Assembly (NCBI GenBank): GCA_047967505.1
Contig: CM106538.1
Source of the DNA: Dipteris shenzhenensis
Lineage: Eukaryota
DNA: 64,000 nucleotides
Strand: one strand, 5' to 3'
Positions within the stretch are counted from its first letter, which is position 1; each line of letters starts with the position of its first letter. The notes below the pieces were generated by a model that saw only the letters and a program-made list of their open reading frames with translations, was not told the origin of the DNA and did not search any database. A program made the position numbers and the translations under genes. Below are positions 51,478-63,590 of the stretch, piece after piece.

Positions 51478-54074
51478 TGTTAGAACATGAAGTCAAGTTG
51501 AGTGTGTTTTAGTGTGTTCTACTAGGAATCCTAGTAGAGTCTCATGTGTAAATGCCACATGTCATATTGGGAGATATTCCATATACACTTTCATATTCTA
51601 CTGTGCGCCTATTCTATATATGATTGTACTTGTGTGTCGCATCAACACATATCAAGGAGTCCTTGTCAAGCTTATCAATGTGAGTCCTTTCATTTTGGTA
51701 CTTCCATTTCTCTTTCTTTCATTTTCATTTCCTTTCATTATGTATCCATTTGAGTATCATTATCTCTCTCCCTAGCCTACCCTCTCTCTCTCCCTCTTCC
51801 TCTCCACCATGTTCCTTTATGTGGTATCAGAGCCATCCTTCTCCTCCCTTTCTTCATTTCTTCCCTCCTTCCTTTATCCTCTTGCTCTTCAAAGGGATTG
51901 AGGTGAGGGAGGCCAAGAAAGAGGAGCTACTCTCCCTCTTTCCTCTTGGAAGACATCCCCCTTCTCACTCTTAGCCTCTCCATATAGCTATTGGAGCTGA
52001 TCCTCATCAACTTGAGGTGCTACTACATTGACCATTGGAGCTGCTAGCCTCGAGACTGCTGCTCACACTTCTACCCTCCCCATCAGCCTCTCAACTGCTT
52101 CTTCTCTCGGGATTCCTGCCAGCTATTGCTGATGATTCTGCCTCAGTTCCAGCTGTTGCTTCCACCTCGGAGCTGATGCCAGCTGCTAATGATGATTCTG
52201 CCTCAGTTCCAGCTGGTCCGCTGCCTTTTCTTTGCCATTTTCTGCCCCGACTACAAGCTGAGTTGCTACTGCAGCCCATAGTATTCTAGCCTTCGCTTTG
52301 AGCTCGCCCTTCAGCCCGTATTGTTGCAACATTTGGAGCAAACACTTGATTGACATGGAGTATTCCAAAACGAGGATTATCATTGAAAAGTTTTCTAGTA
52401 AGAACTTTCCAACTAGGCAAACCAAGCTAAGGCTTCTGTTTATGAAGGAAGGTGTGTGGAATGTGGTTAGCGGCAAAGACAAGAAACCTACATCTGATGA
52501 AAATAAAATTCTAGCTTGGAAAAATCTCAATGACAAAGCTCTTGCTATCATTGGTGTGCATTTGTCTGATCAAGTTATACATCACTTAGATTTTGATTCC
52601 ACTGCTCATGAATTGTGGGACAAGTTAGAGTACCTATTTGGTAATTAAATTATCAATTTCAAAGTATTTCTCAGATAGTAATTCTTTAAGATTCATATGA
52701 AGCATGAAGATTCTCTTAATGCTCATTTGAATCGTGTGGAGTCCCTCATCACCTAACTTGCTGCTTTGGAGGCCCCTGTTGAGGAAGATGATCAGGTGGC
52801 TGTCCTCCTTTCCAGCATTGAGGATACTCCTGAGTATCGTGATATTATACCAGCACTTTGTGTAGCATGGGATATGTCTTTTTGATGATTTGGTTGCAAT
52901 GCTTCTTGATCATGAACTAACACACACAGATGTCCATGAGGAGAAGGCATTATATTCCAAGGGTAAAAAGATATTCAAAGCTCTAAAGTGTACGTATTGT
53001 AAGAAGCTTGGCCTTATAGAGGACCGTTGTTTTTAGAAGCTTGCCAAACAACAATCCAAGGAGCATGCTAACTTGGCTGCAGCTGCCATTGAACTTGTCC
53101 ATTTGCAAGTATGCTCTTTGGATTAGGTGTCCTCTCTTTGGATGATTTCCATTGCTTATCTTGTGCAAATGGTTTTGGATAGCGAAGAAGAAGAAGAAGA
53201 CACTCAGACACCAACTTATGCTCTCACTGCTCATATCTGAAATCTATCTTTCCCTCAAGAGGTAGATGAGGATGATGAATATGTTTTCTAAGATATGTCC
53301 ATGAGCTTGATGTATTTGGATACTCTGCCCTAGGTAGTCCCCCAAAAACTTAAATGTAATAATCTCATGCGTCAATAAAGGTTCTCAGGCTTGAATAGTC
53401 CTCCTAAAATGATGCTTTGCTATCTATGGTGTGTGGCTCCATGTCACCTTATCTTGGAGCCAGGAGGGGGTGAAGCCATGCATTGGCTTTGATAGGGTCT
53501 CTTTATTAGGCCTAGCTGAGTTCTAGGATGTTGGCGTATTCCTAGACCTATGAGCTAGTCATGTAGCCATGCTAAGACGTGAGTCTCTGAGCATGTTGAG
53601 TCTCAAGCCATGAGAGTGCTTGGATCCACCTTTGAACATGCTCAGACTTTAGCCTTTGAGTTATATGGGGTGCACAGATTAGTAGTCCGTCATTGTCATG
53701 TTTTGTTCTTGGTTCCATTACAGTAGTCCCTCACCTTTCCTCCATGGGGGGGTGTTAGAACATGAAGTCAAGTTGAGCGTGTTTTAGTGTGCTCTACTGG
53801 GAGCTCTAGTAGAGTCTTATGTGTGAGTTCCACGTATCATATTGGGAGATATCCCATATACACTTTGGTATTCTAATGTGTGTGCCTATCCTATATATGA
53901 TTGTAATTATGTGTCACATCAACACACATCAAGGAGTCTACATGAAGCTTATCAATATCCGTTTCTCTTTCTTTCATATCCATTTCCTTTCATTATGTTT
54001 CCATTTGAGTATCATTATCTCTCTCCCTAGCCTAACCTATCTCTCTCCCTCTCCCTCTCCCCCATGTTCCTTCA
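51478..54074 (+). mobile_element. Non-autonomous gag-only Copia-derived LTR element (2.6 kb)
   Basis: LTRs at 51478-51819 and 53753-54074. PBS at 51822-51833 and G-run PPT at about 53744-53752. Imperfect TSD AAGTG/ATGTG. Copia-type gag (IEKFSSKNF...EGVWNVVSG, AHELWDKL, C-x2-C knuckle relic) with no pol. Confidence 0.88.
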
Positions 54075-54559
54075 ATGTGAGTGTGTGTGTGTAGTCACGC
54101 CTCTCTTTCTCTATCACAAAAATTTGAGGAGAATAATGAGCTTAAGGTCAAACTGCAAATCTATCATGATTTTGATGAGTGAGAACAAATCTTATTCAGA
54201 AAAGAATTGAAAACCCTACTATGTGCCTATCTGTATCCCCTATACTTTTCTTCAAAATAAGTTAAGGGCCTTTTGTGGGGATACGATGAGGGGCGGCAGT
54301 GTGGCCCACCAACCAAGAGCTAGTTGTCGAGAGGCCAATGGGCAGCCAACAAGCAGCATACCAAAAGCAAGGTGGCTAGCGACTGACCGGCAGCCAAAAG
54401 AAGGGCAGTATGCAGCAGCAAGGCAACAACAGCTGTTAATTTCAAGAGGCAGCTAGGCATGTAGGTTACATCCCCAAAAAAATAATTGTCTATTAGAAGC
54501 TTTGGATATAAATTCAGCCATCCACAAGGTGCTAACATGAAACAGGGGCTAGCTGTCTT

Positions 54560-55762
54560 GTGGCAAATCTCTCTCTCAGGTTCTCATTGAGGGGGTATGA
54601 TGGATCCAAGGCTTCCCTAAACCCCTGGTCCATGACACCACCTGTCTAGGATGGTTGTGTCTAACTTCTCAAGCCTTGAGCACTCCTCAAATGTGCCTCT
54701 ACTTGAAGCCACTCCTCTATCTACTCAAGGGGGCGGCACTAAGCTCCTAAATTGTTGGCAAATCCACTACCCCACTATGCCCTACTGATATGCATGCTTT
54801 GGCCCAGCATAATGGAGACCTTTGGATGCCTAAATAGGGGTCGGCGCTTGAACTCTTCCCTACACTTTGAGCTGGTTTGGATCGGCAGGCTTGTGGAGAG
54901 GGGTTGCCACATCTTCATCAAGCTCTGCAGCAACAATGATGCCTTCCTCATTGAGGGTCTCCATGAAGATCTACCAATGAAAGTTGTTGCCACTAATCCT
55001 TGGTGTGAGGAGTGTTCCGTAGAATCCCCCTATTGAAGCAAGATATTTCAAGGCTCTAGAAGCCCCTATTGAACCAAGGGGCTCTATGCTTAGATTGAGT
55101 CCTCTAACAAGGAGCTTGGCTAGAGCCCTACTTTGCATCTCTAGATCAATAATACTCAGCTCTTCGTTTATGTGGGGGCCTTGGTGAAGATCCATTGGTG
55201 AGATTGTTGCCATGGACCAAGGAGTATTGTTAGGTATGCTTGTTTAAGAAAGAGGTGTAAGTCCACTAATGATGAGCTTGTCAAGGAGGGCTCTACTTTG
55301 CATCTCCACATTAAATAATGCTCAGCACTCCCTCTGCTTAGGGGAGGATCGCTTTTTGCAAGCAACTCTCACTCTAGTAGTCTCTATGGTGAACCAACCT
55401 CTTGAGCTATCCCACACATGCTCTATGGAAGCACTAGCATGACACGATGTACTCTGGCCATGGCCAAAAGAGCCTACCTCACCACAATTGCTATGCTTGC
55501 TAGTGACAACTTGGATGACCTCCAATAAAAGAGTTTCTTGCACATCGGGACTATCTATTGATCTGGTAAGATATCCAAACCCACCACTGGACAGCCCAAG
55601 TAAAGCGGATATCCACGTAAAGCCAAGATCAAACCCCCATGAGCACTTCCTCTGATGCCGTGAGGAGACCTACTAATTTATTCTAATTGATCTTGGCTCA
55701 AGATGCCTTGCAATAGACCTTGTTTCCCTCCACATAAAGGACCATGATGTCTACAAACTCAC
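54560..55762 (-). mobile_element. Degenerate L1 ORF2 fragment
   Basis: LSIIDLEMQSRALAKLLVRGL and related post-RT motifs on the minus strand. Confidence 0.7.
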
Positions 55763-55775
55763 TGAAGGCACATGG

Positions 55776-55816
<41 letters not shown>

Positions 55817-55821
<5 letters not shown>

Positions 55822-57496
55822 AAGAAAGAAAGAAAGTGTATTATTGTCCACTAGAGGCCAAAATGGGCCCATGGGACATCAAGAACTCTGCATACAAGAT
55901 AGCACAAAATCAACGTGCCCCAAAGAAGAGGCATCGTCGAATATCATCTAAGTGCTACGCAATATAATGCAAGTGAAAGTACATAATGTCAAATCTGAGC
56001 CTAAATACAGAGTAAACTAGATGCAAGGAAACCGCCCCCGGGTGCAAAATGGGGGGGATGAGCACAATATGCCAATGCAAAGATACAAGTCCAGGTGTCA
56101 CGGAGTCTGAGAACCAAAATAATACTGGAAATCCTGTCCATCGACTCTGCCTCCTGCTATGAGAGTACAAATCTGGGCAAAGGTGAGGTGAGCGGCTGGT
56201 GGGGCGAGATCTCCATGAGTAAGTCTCCTCCGAAATGCTGCCATCATCCTGGATCGTCTGGAGATGAAGCGGCGAGTACGTCCCCTATGTAACAAGATCC
56301 TGCGGCGTCTACAAACCATCTCATATGTACATCCACATGGTGGAGGCATGTGTCCTGTGTGGGCTCTGCCGTCCTCGTGCTCCTCCTGGTCTCTGTCCTC
56401 TGGTATGGCGTGTGCCTGAGCTCTATGAGGCTGGGCTCTATCACTCTCCGGTCTGTGCTCTCTGAGGTAGTCTCGCCGAAGCATAGTGGCCTCCCTGACA
56501 TAAAGGGCTAGGCAATGCTGATCCTCGTAGTCCATCACTCGTGAGAGAGGTCCAAAGCCATCCGTGAAGAGACAGTGGAATCTACCTCTGATCTCATAAT
56601 ATAGCGGGCATCTGCAAATGAAGTGCTCCTCTGACTCCACCTCTCCCATGGTGCAACAAGGGCAGATCCTGGTCTCTCGGCCTGGTCGCCGTCCATCCTC
56701 CATGCGTCGCATCCTACCAGCCTCTATCTCGAGCTGATGCGAAGAGACTCTAAGCTGGCCGAGGGCAATCCTCAGTGAGTGGGACATGTGGGTACCTGTA
56801 TAGCCTGGTGGGATGACAAATCCATCCTCTGAGATCCGAAGGAAGTGGTCACGATATGTGGCCATCTTCACCGGAAGCTGCGTGGGATAAATCCAAGTGC
56901 GATACGTATGAAGCTGCAGCAAGTCTGCTCTCGTGACCTGGCTAAGCTCGTGGCGAGTCAACTCGAGATGAGGGGCATCTATGCTGTATCGGAACGGAGG
57001 CAGTCTATCCATGTCTAGTCCAAGGGATGTGAGCCACCTAGTGAGTCTGAAGTACCAGCAGTATCGGGTCCCTGATCGTGCCAACTCCATAGAAGATGCA
57101 AGTGCTAACCATGGCAACCGAGCTCTGCCTGCTGCTGAGTCTCCAAACTCCCTGACCCTGTGCAGATACATGACCGACTGAAACGCTGCATCCAATGCAA
57201 GGGGAGTAGCTCCAAACTCTGCTAGCATGATCTCGTGCGGAACTGTAGCCTTGGCCCTAATGAGCCGAGAGAACATGATGATCTGTAACCTCTCTACTCG
57301 TCTCCAATCTGCAGCGCCGAGGTCTCCTGCCCAGAAAGGAGCTGCATACATCGCAGCTGGTCTCACCAATGTATCAAAAAGCAAGGATTTCGTATCGGGA
57401 TGCTGAAAGTGGGACTGAAAACACTGATGCTCAAGATGAGCCAACGAAGCATACCCTTTACTAATCCTATCTCGTGCTGCATATGTCATGGTGAAG

Positions 57497-57499
<3 letters not shown>
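55817..57499 (-). mobile_element. 5'-truncated RTEX/L2-CR1-like non-LTR retrotransposon with (CTTT)n tail, flanked by (GA)n on both sides
   Basis: (GA)n at 55778-55817 and 57500-57542; (AAAG)n tail at 55817-55836; contains an uninterrupted ORF. Confidence 0.85.
56098..57489 (-). CDS. C-terminal part of a non-LTR ORF2 (RT thumb and CCHC zinc finger), open but 5'-truncated
   Basis: LFDTLVRPAAMYAAPFW...VERLQ, LRVSSHQLEIEAGR and RICPCCTMGEVESEEHFICRCPLY are typical of RTEX/L2/CR1-group ORF2 C-termini. Confidence 0.8.
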   Translation of the reverse strand: MTYAARDRISKGYASLAHLEHQCFQSHFQHPDTKSLLFDTLVRPAAMYAAPFWAGDLGAADWRRVERLQIIMFSRLIRAKATVPHEIMLAEFGATPLALDAAFQSVMYLHRVREFGDSAAGRARLPWLALASSMELARSGTRYCWYFRLTRWLTSLGLDMDRLPPFRYSIDAPHLELTRHELSQVTRADLLQLHTYRTWIYPTQLPVKMATYRDHFLRISEDGFVIPPGYTGTHMSHSLRIALGQLRVSSHQLEIEAGRMRRMEDGRRPGRETRICPCCTMGEVESEEHFICRCPLYYEIRGRFHCLFTDGFGPLSRVMDYEDQHCLALYVREATMLRRDYLREHRPESDRAQPHRAQAHAIPEDRDQEEHEDGRAHTGHMPPPCGCTYEMVCRRRRILLHRGRTRRFISRRSRMMAAFRRRLTHGDLAPPAAHLTFAQICTLIAGGRVDGQDFQYYFGSQTP

Positions 57500-57545
<46 letters not shown>

Positions 57546-58009
57546 GGACTAGTAGGGAGAGAGATAGTGATACTCAAAGAGAGACATAATGAAATGGAAA
57601 TGAAATGACTAAAGCAATGAACAAAATGAAAGTACTCTCATGTAGACCAAAGAGCCTGTACTTTGATACTTGATTGATTTTACACTAGACAAGTACAACT
57701 CTTATATAGAGTGCACACACACATATGAACACCAATGCATATGGGGTAACTCCCAATGTGACATGTGGCACTCACACTTGAACTCACTAACATCCTCCCA
57801 TGGAGGAAAGGTGAGTGACTACTAGAATGGAACCAAGGACAGAATATGGCAATGACAGTATCTACTACTCTGTGCAATGTCTGAACTAGACATGGCTCTC
57901 ATGCTAACTCAGAGGCGGAAGTTTGAGCATGGTTCAAAGGTCGAACTGAGCGCTCATATGGCTTTACGTCCTAAGCATGACTCAAAGGCTCATGTCTAAT
58001 GGGGGTGTA

Positions 58010-61000
58010 CCTCACCGCTGCAGTAGGCAGTTGATTCGTAACCAACTTCATCCAGGTGTAACTGGGGGACCCATGGATATTCTGATGATTTAGGAACACA
58101 AATTGGATGTCAGGGATTGTGCCAAGTCGGGTAAGCTTCTTTTAGGCCATAATTTTTTGTCACTCGCCTTGGGCACCAGGGGAAGTACTTGCATCTCTGT
58201 TTCTTCTTCTATACTCCCCTTGGTGATTGGACACGAGATCATAGTCCCTTCCAGAGCTCAGTGGGTTATACTTTTGATTGGTAGGCATAAGGTTGGTCTT
58301 TTAAACCTTTATGCACCCAATTCTTTTTTTTTTGCAAAAAGAGACTTCTATTAAGTATTAAAGAAAAACCATTAGAGCAAGCTCCATACGGGATACATCA
58401 TGCAATGCACGAAAAGATCAAGAGCCAAAAAGAAAGGATTGAGGCTGATAGTGCCATCTCAATCCGGTAGAAACCTCCGAGAAAAAGGGAGAACCCCTCC
58501 AAACTCGAAGAAATATAGTCCTTCTAGAAGAGGCTGCCCGTGAAGGGCCCTGCATGCTAGCCCATATGGCTATCAAAGTGTGAACCATGTCAGTCCAAAT
58601 ACCCGTGAACACCTGTAATGGGTGTATCTGGGTGCCATCCAAGGCCTCAGTACATCTGGCTCTCCAAATGTGCCAAGAGGAAATGCTAGCCAAAATCTCC
58701 CAAGAGGTGTCCACTGAAACATGAGAAGCTTTGAAGGGAGTAAGTGGTACATCCTGCAGAGAGCAGGGCTCTATCACCTACCGGCGGACCAAGAGTGCCC
58801 AAGAAGAAGGCTCACCCTCATAAAACACGTGGGGCCCGGTAAGAGATAACCATGCGACCGAGCCCCAAGTCATGAAGAAAGGGGAAGTGTGAAAGATGCT
58901 GAGTATCCGAGCAACCCCTTTCCAAACAATCCTCGCCTAACTGCAGTCCCAAAGGCAATGTCGCACTGACTCCTCTGCAGAATGACATCGAGGACAAGTG
59001 GGATCAGCCCCAAATCGTGATCTCCATAGGTTCACTGCAATCCCTCCATGAATAGAAAGCCAAAAGAAAAGAGTAATCTTTCTAATTCTGAGGGATTTCC
59101 AGAGCCTCCTCCAGAAATTTCTACGCAAATTTGCAGTGATGAAGAAGCTTTCCCAAGAGGGGCTCTGGAGGGAATCCAACCCCTACTGTTCAGCTGAAAT
59201 CTCCTGGCATTACCAACCGTGAAACGAAAGAAGGGAATCCCCATCTCTCGGTGCCCATGATCTACCCAATTCTAGAGGGGATCGTGTTCTTTTTTGGAAG
59301 GAACTGGTCTCTTGGTCACATATTGCATATGCTTGGATTATAGGGGGCGATTTCAACATGGTTGAAATGCCCTCAGACAAAAGGGAAAGTAGGGAAGGTG
59401 GTATTCACTCCCTAGAGAGAGCAACCTGGGATGCCTTTCTTTTTCAGTACAGTGGCAGGGATGCTTGGCACGATGATGCTTTTCACACTCAGCCACATTC
59501 TCTCCTGTTTTCTTGGTCGAACAAGAGATTGCAGATGCCTATACATGCACGGATTGATAGATTTTATGTGGATGATTGGGCTCTTGACAGAGGTGGTACT
59601 GTTTGCATTCCAGCTGGGGTATCCACTTTGGATCATTTTTCAGTCGTTTTGATGGTCTCAGATCCGCATGTGAGGGGCCGCTCTGTCAATGTTAGGATTC
59701 CAGATGCCTTTTATGCAGAGGAGGGCCTTACAAAAGAGACAGTATTGAGGACTTGGGTATCTCATATGCAAGATGGGCAGCTTTCTCCTTAAGACTTGGC
59801 CACAACCCTCTCTGATATTAGTGACTTTTATCTTTCAGTTGCTCGTATCAGGAGGGGTGAGATAGGTATTTGCCAGCAATTGACTGCCCTCTAGAGGGAG
59901 GAGCAGAAGAGGCTTGTAGATGCTTGGATTTAGGAGCGCCTTGTTGAAGCAAGGGCTCAGCAATAGTCACTTTTAGATTAGAGAGCAGAGTATGCCTTTC
60001 ATTCCAGACATTCATTTTGGACTCAGACGGGAGGTAGGGTCAACAAGCAGTTCTTCTCTACTCTTGGCCCCAGACATAGTAGGGAGAGCGTCTCATAGCT
60101 TGTTGACTCAAGCGGAGTTCTTCAGACACATCCAGATGCCGACTTGCAAGTTGCCACCGATGTCTATGTCTCCCTTCTTATAGCAGATCCTGACACTCAT
60201 GCCACAGATGATGCTAGAGTGGTTATTTGGCGACACTTACCTGGGTTGGTGACAGGGGATACGGCTGTCTCACTTGATGCACCCTTCACCAACGTAGAGT
60301 CAGGACTGCTCTCTCTGCCCTTCACAAGGGCAAGTGTCCTGGTTCAGATGGACTTATCTCCTTATTTTTTATTACTTTTTGGGATCATATTGGGGATCAC
60401 ATTACCTCAGCCGTGTAGGGTGTATGGGACTCGGGTGAGATGCCGGACTCACTTATGGAGGGCCTCATTTATTTGATTCCGAACTTGGGTTGCAGGAATT
60501 TAGTGTCTTAGTGGAGACCGATTACCTTGCTGGGTACCTTGCATAAAATCCTAGCTAAAGCTATCAACCTTCGTCTGCAGCCCTTTCTCCCAGATCTTAT
60601 CCATGATACGCATACGGGTTTTGTGCATGGTAGGAGCATCTTTGATAATATCTTCTCATTTTGGGAGGCTTCGGATTGGGCCATGCATAATGGCCATAGG
60701 CTGGCCATTCTACTCTTGGACTTCGAGATAGCTTATGACAGGGCAGGCTGGGGCTTTCTAGAAGCCACACTTACTCGCTTTGGTTTCTCGTGGATCAGAG
60801 GGGTGTCAGCCCTCTACAGATCAGCCCACAGCCAGGTTCTTATTGGTGGAGTCAGGGGGGACAGGTTTGAGATTACCAGATCAGTCCGTCATGCCTTTCT
60901 ATTCCTTTTTGTGGCTGAGGCTATGAGCTATTACATTAGAGCTCAAGTTGGTATTGTAGGGCTCAGGCTTCCTCTGAGGTAAGAGATAGTGAGTTGGTAG

Positions 61001-61695
61001 ATGATACGTTTTTTTTTTAAAATACCACTCCACAGACACTGACTTCATTCAGGATGGCATTGGATTTGTTTTGTATTGCGACAGGCGCACACATTAATTG
61101 GAACAAATCCAATGGCTTTTGGATCAGTGATGAGGACACTCCGGACTGGGGGATGACATAGGGCTCACTTGGATTCAGAGGGGAGTCTCTGTCAGATATT
61201 TGGGATGCCAGGTTAGGGTGGGCATCTCTCTGGCACAACAGTTTGCTGCCGTGTTGGAGAGTATCAGGAGGAAACTCATCTTTTGGAGTTCAGCCTGACT
61301 TGACCTGAGTTGTGGTTGTGAACCAAGTATTATTGGCCACTGCCTGGTTTGTTTGCTCATGTTGGTGCAGATCTAGAGGTTATATCGCTCAACTCATGAG
61401 ACCTTTAGGAACATCCTATGGAGCGGTTTAGATGGCACCTCAGATGTTGTAGCTAGGATGGCTTGGGAGACCCTCATTCTCCCCACAGGAGAAGGAGGCC
61501 TCAATATTATTGACCCGAAATTGCAGTGCATGGCCTTGCTTTGCAAGTTCGTAGTACGTGGGTTGGTGGATAGGAACCCTGGAAAGATTTTTTCTCACGT
61601 AACATTTATTTTTGTACCCCATCTCATGGGGGAGATTGGATGGACAACGGCAAATGGATCTTTACTTCAGCCCATCTCAAATCTCCCCCTTCGGC
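58010..61695 (+). mobile_element. Degenerate L1 ORF2 (APE-RT), same family as 12830-15826, interrupted by insertions
   Basis: LLNLYAPNS | IIGGDFNMVE, ARIDRFY, WRPITLLGTLHKILAK, LDFEIAYDR and AWETLILPTGEGGLNI. Confidence 0.9.
58325..59263 (-). mobile_element. 5'-truncated L1 of the same family inserted antisense; 10-bp TSD ACCCAATTCT
   Basis: TSD at 58315-58324 and 59264-59273; poly(T) at about 58324-58333; zf-RVT CPRCHSAEESVRHCLWDC on minus. Confidence 0.93.
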
Positions 61696-63590
61696 CATGA
61701 GCTGCTGCTCCTCCCCGTGAGCTACTGCCCCCCCCTCTCCCTCTCTCAGCCAGCCCCCTCTCCCTCTCCCTCTCCCTCGCTGCCCCCCCTCTCCCCCCCT
61801 CGCTACTCTTCCTCTCCCTCCCCTCTCGCCAGCCCCCTCTCCCTCCTCCCTCACCCTCCCTCTCCCCTTCCTCCTCCCCGCCCTCCCTCTCCCTCCCCCG
61901 CTGCCCCCTACCTCTCCCTCCCTGCTGCCTCTACCTCTCCCTCCCTGCCCTACCTCTCCCCCACCCGTCAGCCCCCCCGCCCCCCTTCTTCTCCCCCGTC
62001 CCCTCCCCCGTCATCCCTCTCCCCCCCCGTTGCCCCCCTCCCCGCTGCCCCCTTCTCCTCCGCCCTCCCTCTCCCCTGCCAGCCCCCCCACCCCCTTCTC
62101 CTCCCCTGCCCCCCTCCCTTGCCCTCCCTCTCCCCCCCCCAGCTGCTCTCCCCCTCCCCGCTGCCCCCTTCTCCCCTGCCCTCCCTCTCCCCCGCCAGCC
62201 CCCCCGCCCCCTTCTCCTCCCCCACCCCCCTCCCTCCCCCTCCCTCTCCCCCCCCGCTGCTCTCCCCCCCAAGGAGACCCCCCTGGAAAAAAAAAGAAAG
62301 AAAAAAAAACCTCCTCCCTCTTTCTCCTTGCCCCCTTCCTTCCTAACTTAGCTCCCCACGCCTCCCCCTCAGCCTACCTCCGTCTCCTCCTTCAGTCTAT
62401 CCTCTCCTTCCCTTCCCCTCTCTCCTATCCTCTCTTTCTCCTTCTTCCTGCGCCCGCGTTCAGGGCGTCCTGGGCAGTAGTTTCACGGACGGAGCTTTTC
62501 AAGTGTTGGAATCGGCCTTTTCACATCGATTGGCGAATGGATCCCCATTCAGCCAATCTCCATCCACCTCCACCTGCCGCGAGAACCGTCATTTTTTCAG
62601 AAGACGAGCTGCAGCAGCTCAAGAAATATGTGGAATTAGAGGGCTCCACATCACTTTTCGCCCGCATCTTTGGGTCACACCCTTCCAGATCACAGGCTAG
62701 AGACTGGATGCTAGCGGCGTTACCAGGAGACCTCGCCCCACACCTCAGGGATATTCGACTTTTGGGACGTGGATTCTTCCAAGTGGTTTTCGACTCCCAC
62801 GAGTCCACAACCCTTGTTCTCAAAGCTAATCCCCTGGCTTTGGGTTCGAGGAGGATCTTTCTTTTACCGTACACCTTGGGCTTCGATCCGGTCGAGCAGG
62901 ACAGGCAGGTCACATCACTGTTCATTAGATTTCCTGGTCTTCCTCAGGTCTACCATCGACTGCTTGCCACTATCAGAGCCACATTCGGAGTGGTCACTAA
63001 GATCCCATCCCTTCCTGGCATGCCTTCTTCCTCGGCAAAGGCAGTCAGTGTAGACGAGGTGCCTCGTGTTAGGGTCATTGTCTCTGACCCTAACATCTCA
63101 GATGACCACATTATGCTTCAGCGTCCAGATGGCTCTCTCTTTCGATAGAGAGTCGAGATTTCAGGTAGACAGGACCAGTGCAGGATTTGCAGGACCCTTG
63201 GGCACTTTGCTAGAGACTGCCCAAGGAAGAGAAAAAGACCCAAGAGGTCTTCTGGTGCGGCTCCTTCACGTACTACCACGATTGCACCTCCCCAGCACCC
63301 TGTACTATGCATCTAGGACCGCCAAGAGCAACAAGGCGCCCTGCTTCGCGCACCCCAGGACCACCAGGGGCAGCAGGGTGCCCAATGCCCACAGCACACC
63401 CAGTACCACGATGGAGAGCTATCAGAGCGGCTCCCTTACCTCAGGAGGAGACTTTTGATCCTGTTCAGACAGACGCCTTCCAGACTCCAGAGGTGGATGT
63501 TGCTGCAGCCCCAGACACTACAGTTCCACATCAGGAGGGGCCTTTAGATCCACCAACCACAGTCACTTTGGTTTCTGACCCCTTGGTTTC
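61696..63590 (+). mobile_element. 5' end of an L1: C-rich leader and ORF1 (likely ATG 62537; DUF4283-like and zinc knuckle)
   Basis: VIFSEDEL...SLFARIFGSHPS...LLGRGFFQVVF...IFLLPY, IRFPGLP, then CRICRTLGHFARDC after the TAG at 63146-63148. Confidence 0.85.
61720..62450 (+). repeat. C-rich low-complexity polypyrimidine tract (G-quadruplex-prone on minus)
   Basis: Dozens of C3-C9 runs with internal imperfect repeats. Confidence 0.85.

Larger units (their letters stand above)
55763..58010 (-). mobile_element. 3' end (internal remnant, PPT, 3' LTR 55763-57792) of an element related to 51478-54074, with the LTR split by a LINE
   Basis: 57793-57850 is the reverse complement of 53700-53752 (CCTTTCCTCCATGGG..TGTTAG). 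TGAAGGCACATGGTGGAGAG at 55763 matches the reverse complement of the LTR end CTCTCCACCATGTTCCTT(C/T)A. Confidence 0.8.

Noticed and set aside
61612-62536. Pro-rich (extensin-like) and Gly/Arg-rich ORFs
   Set aside because: By-products of a C-rich low-complexity L1 leader; no signal peptide or regular SPPPP/Tyr periodicity.
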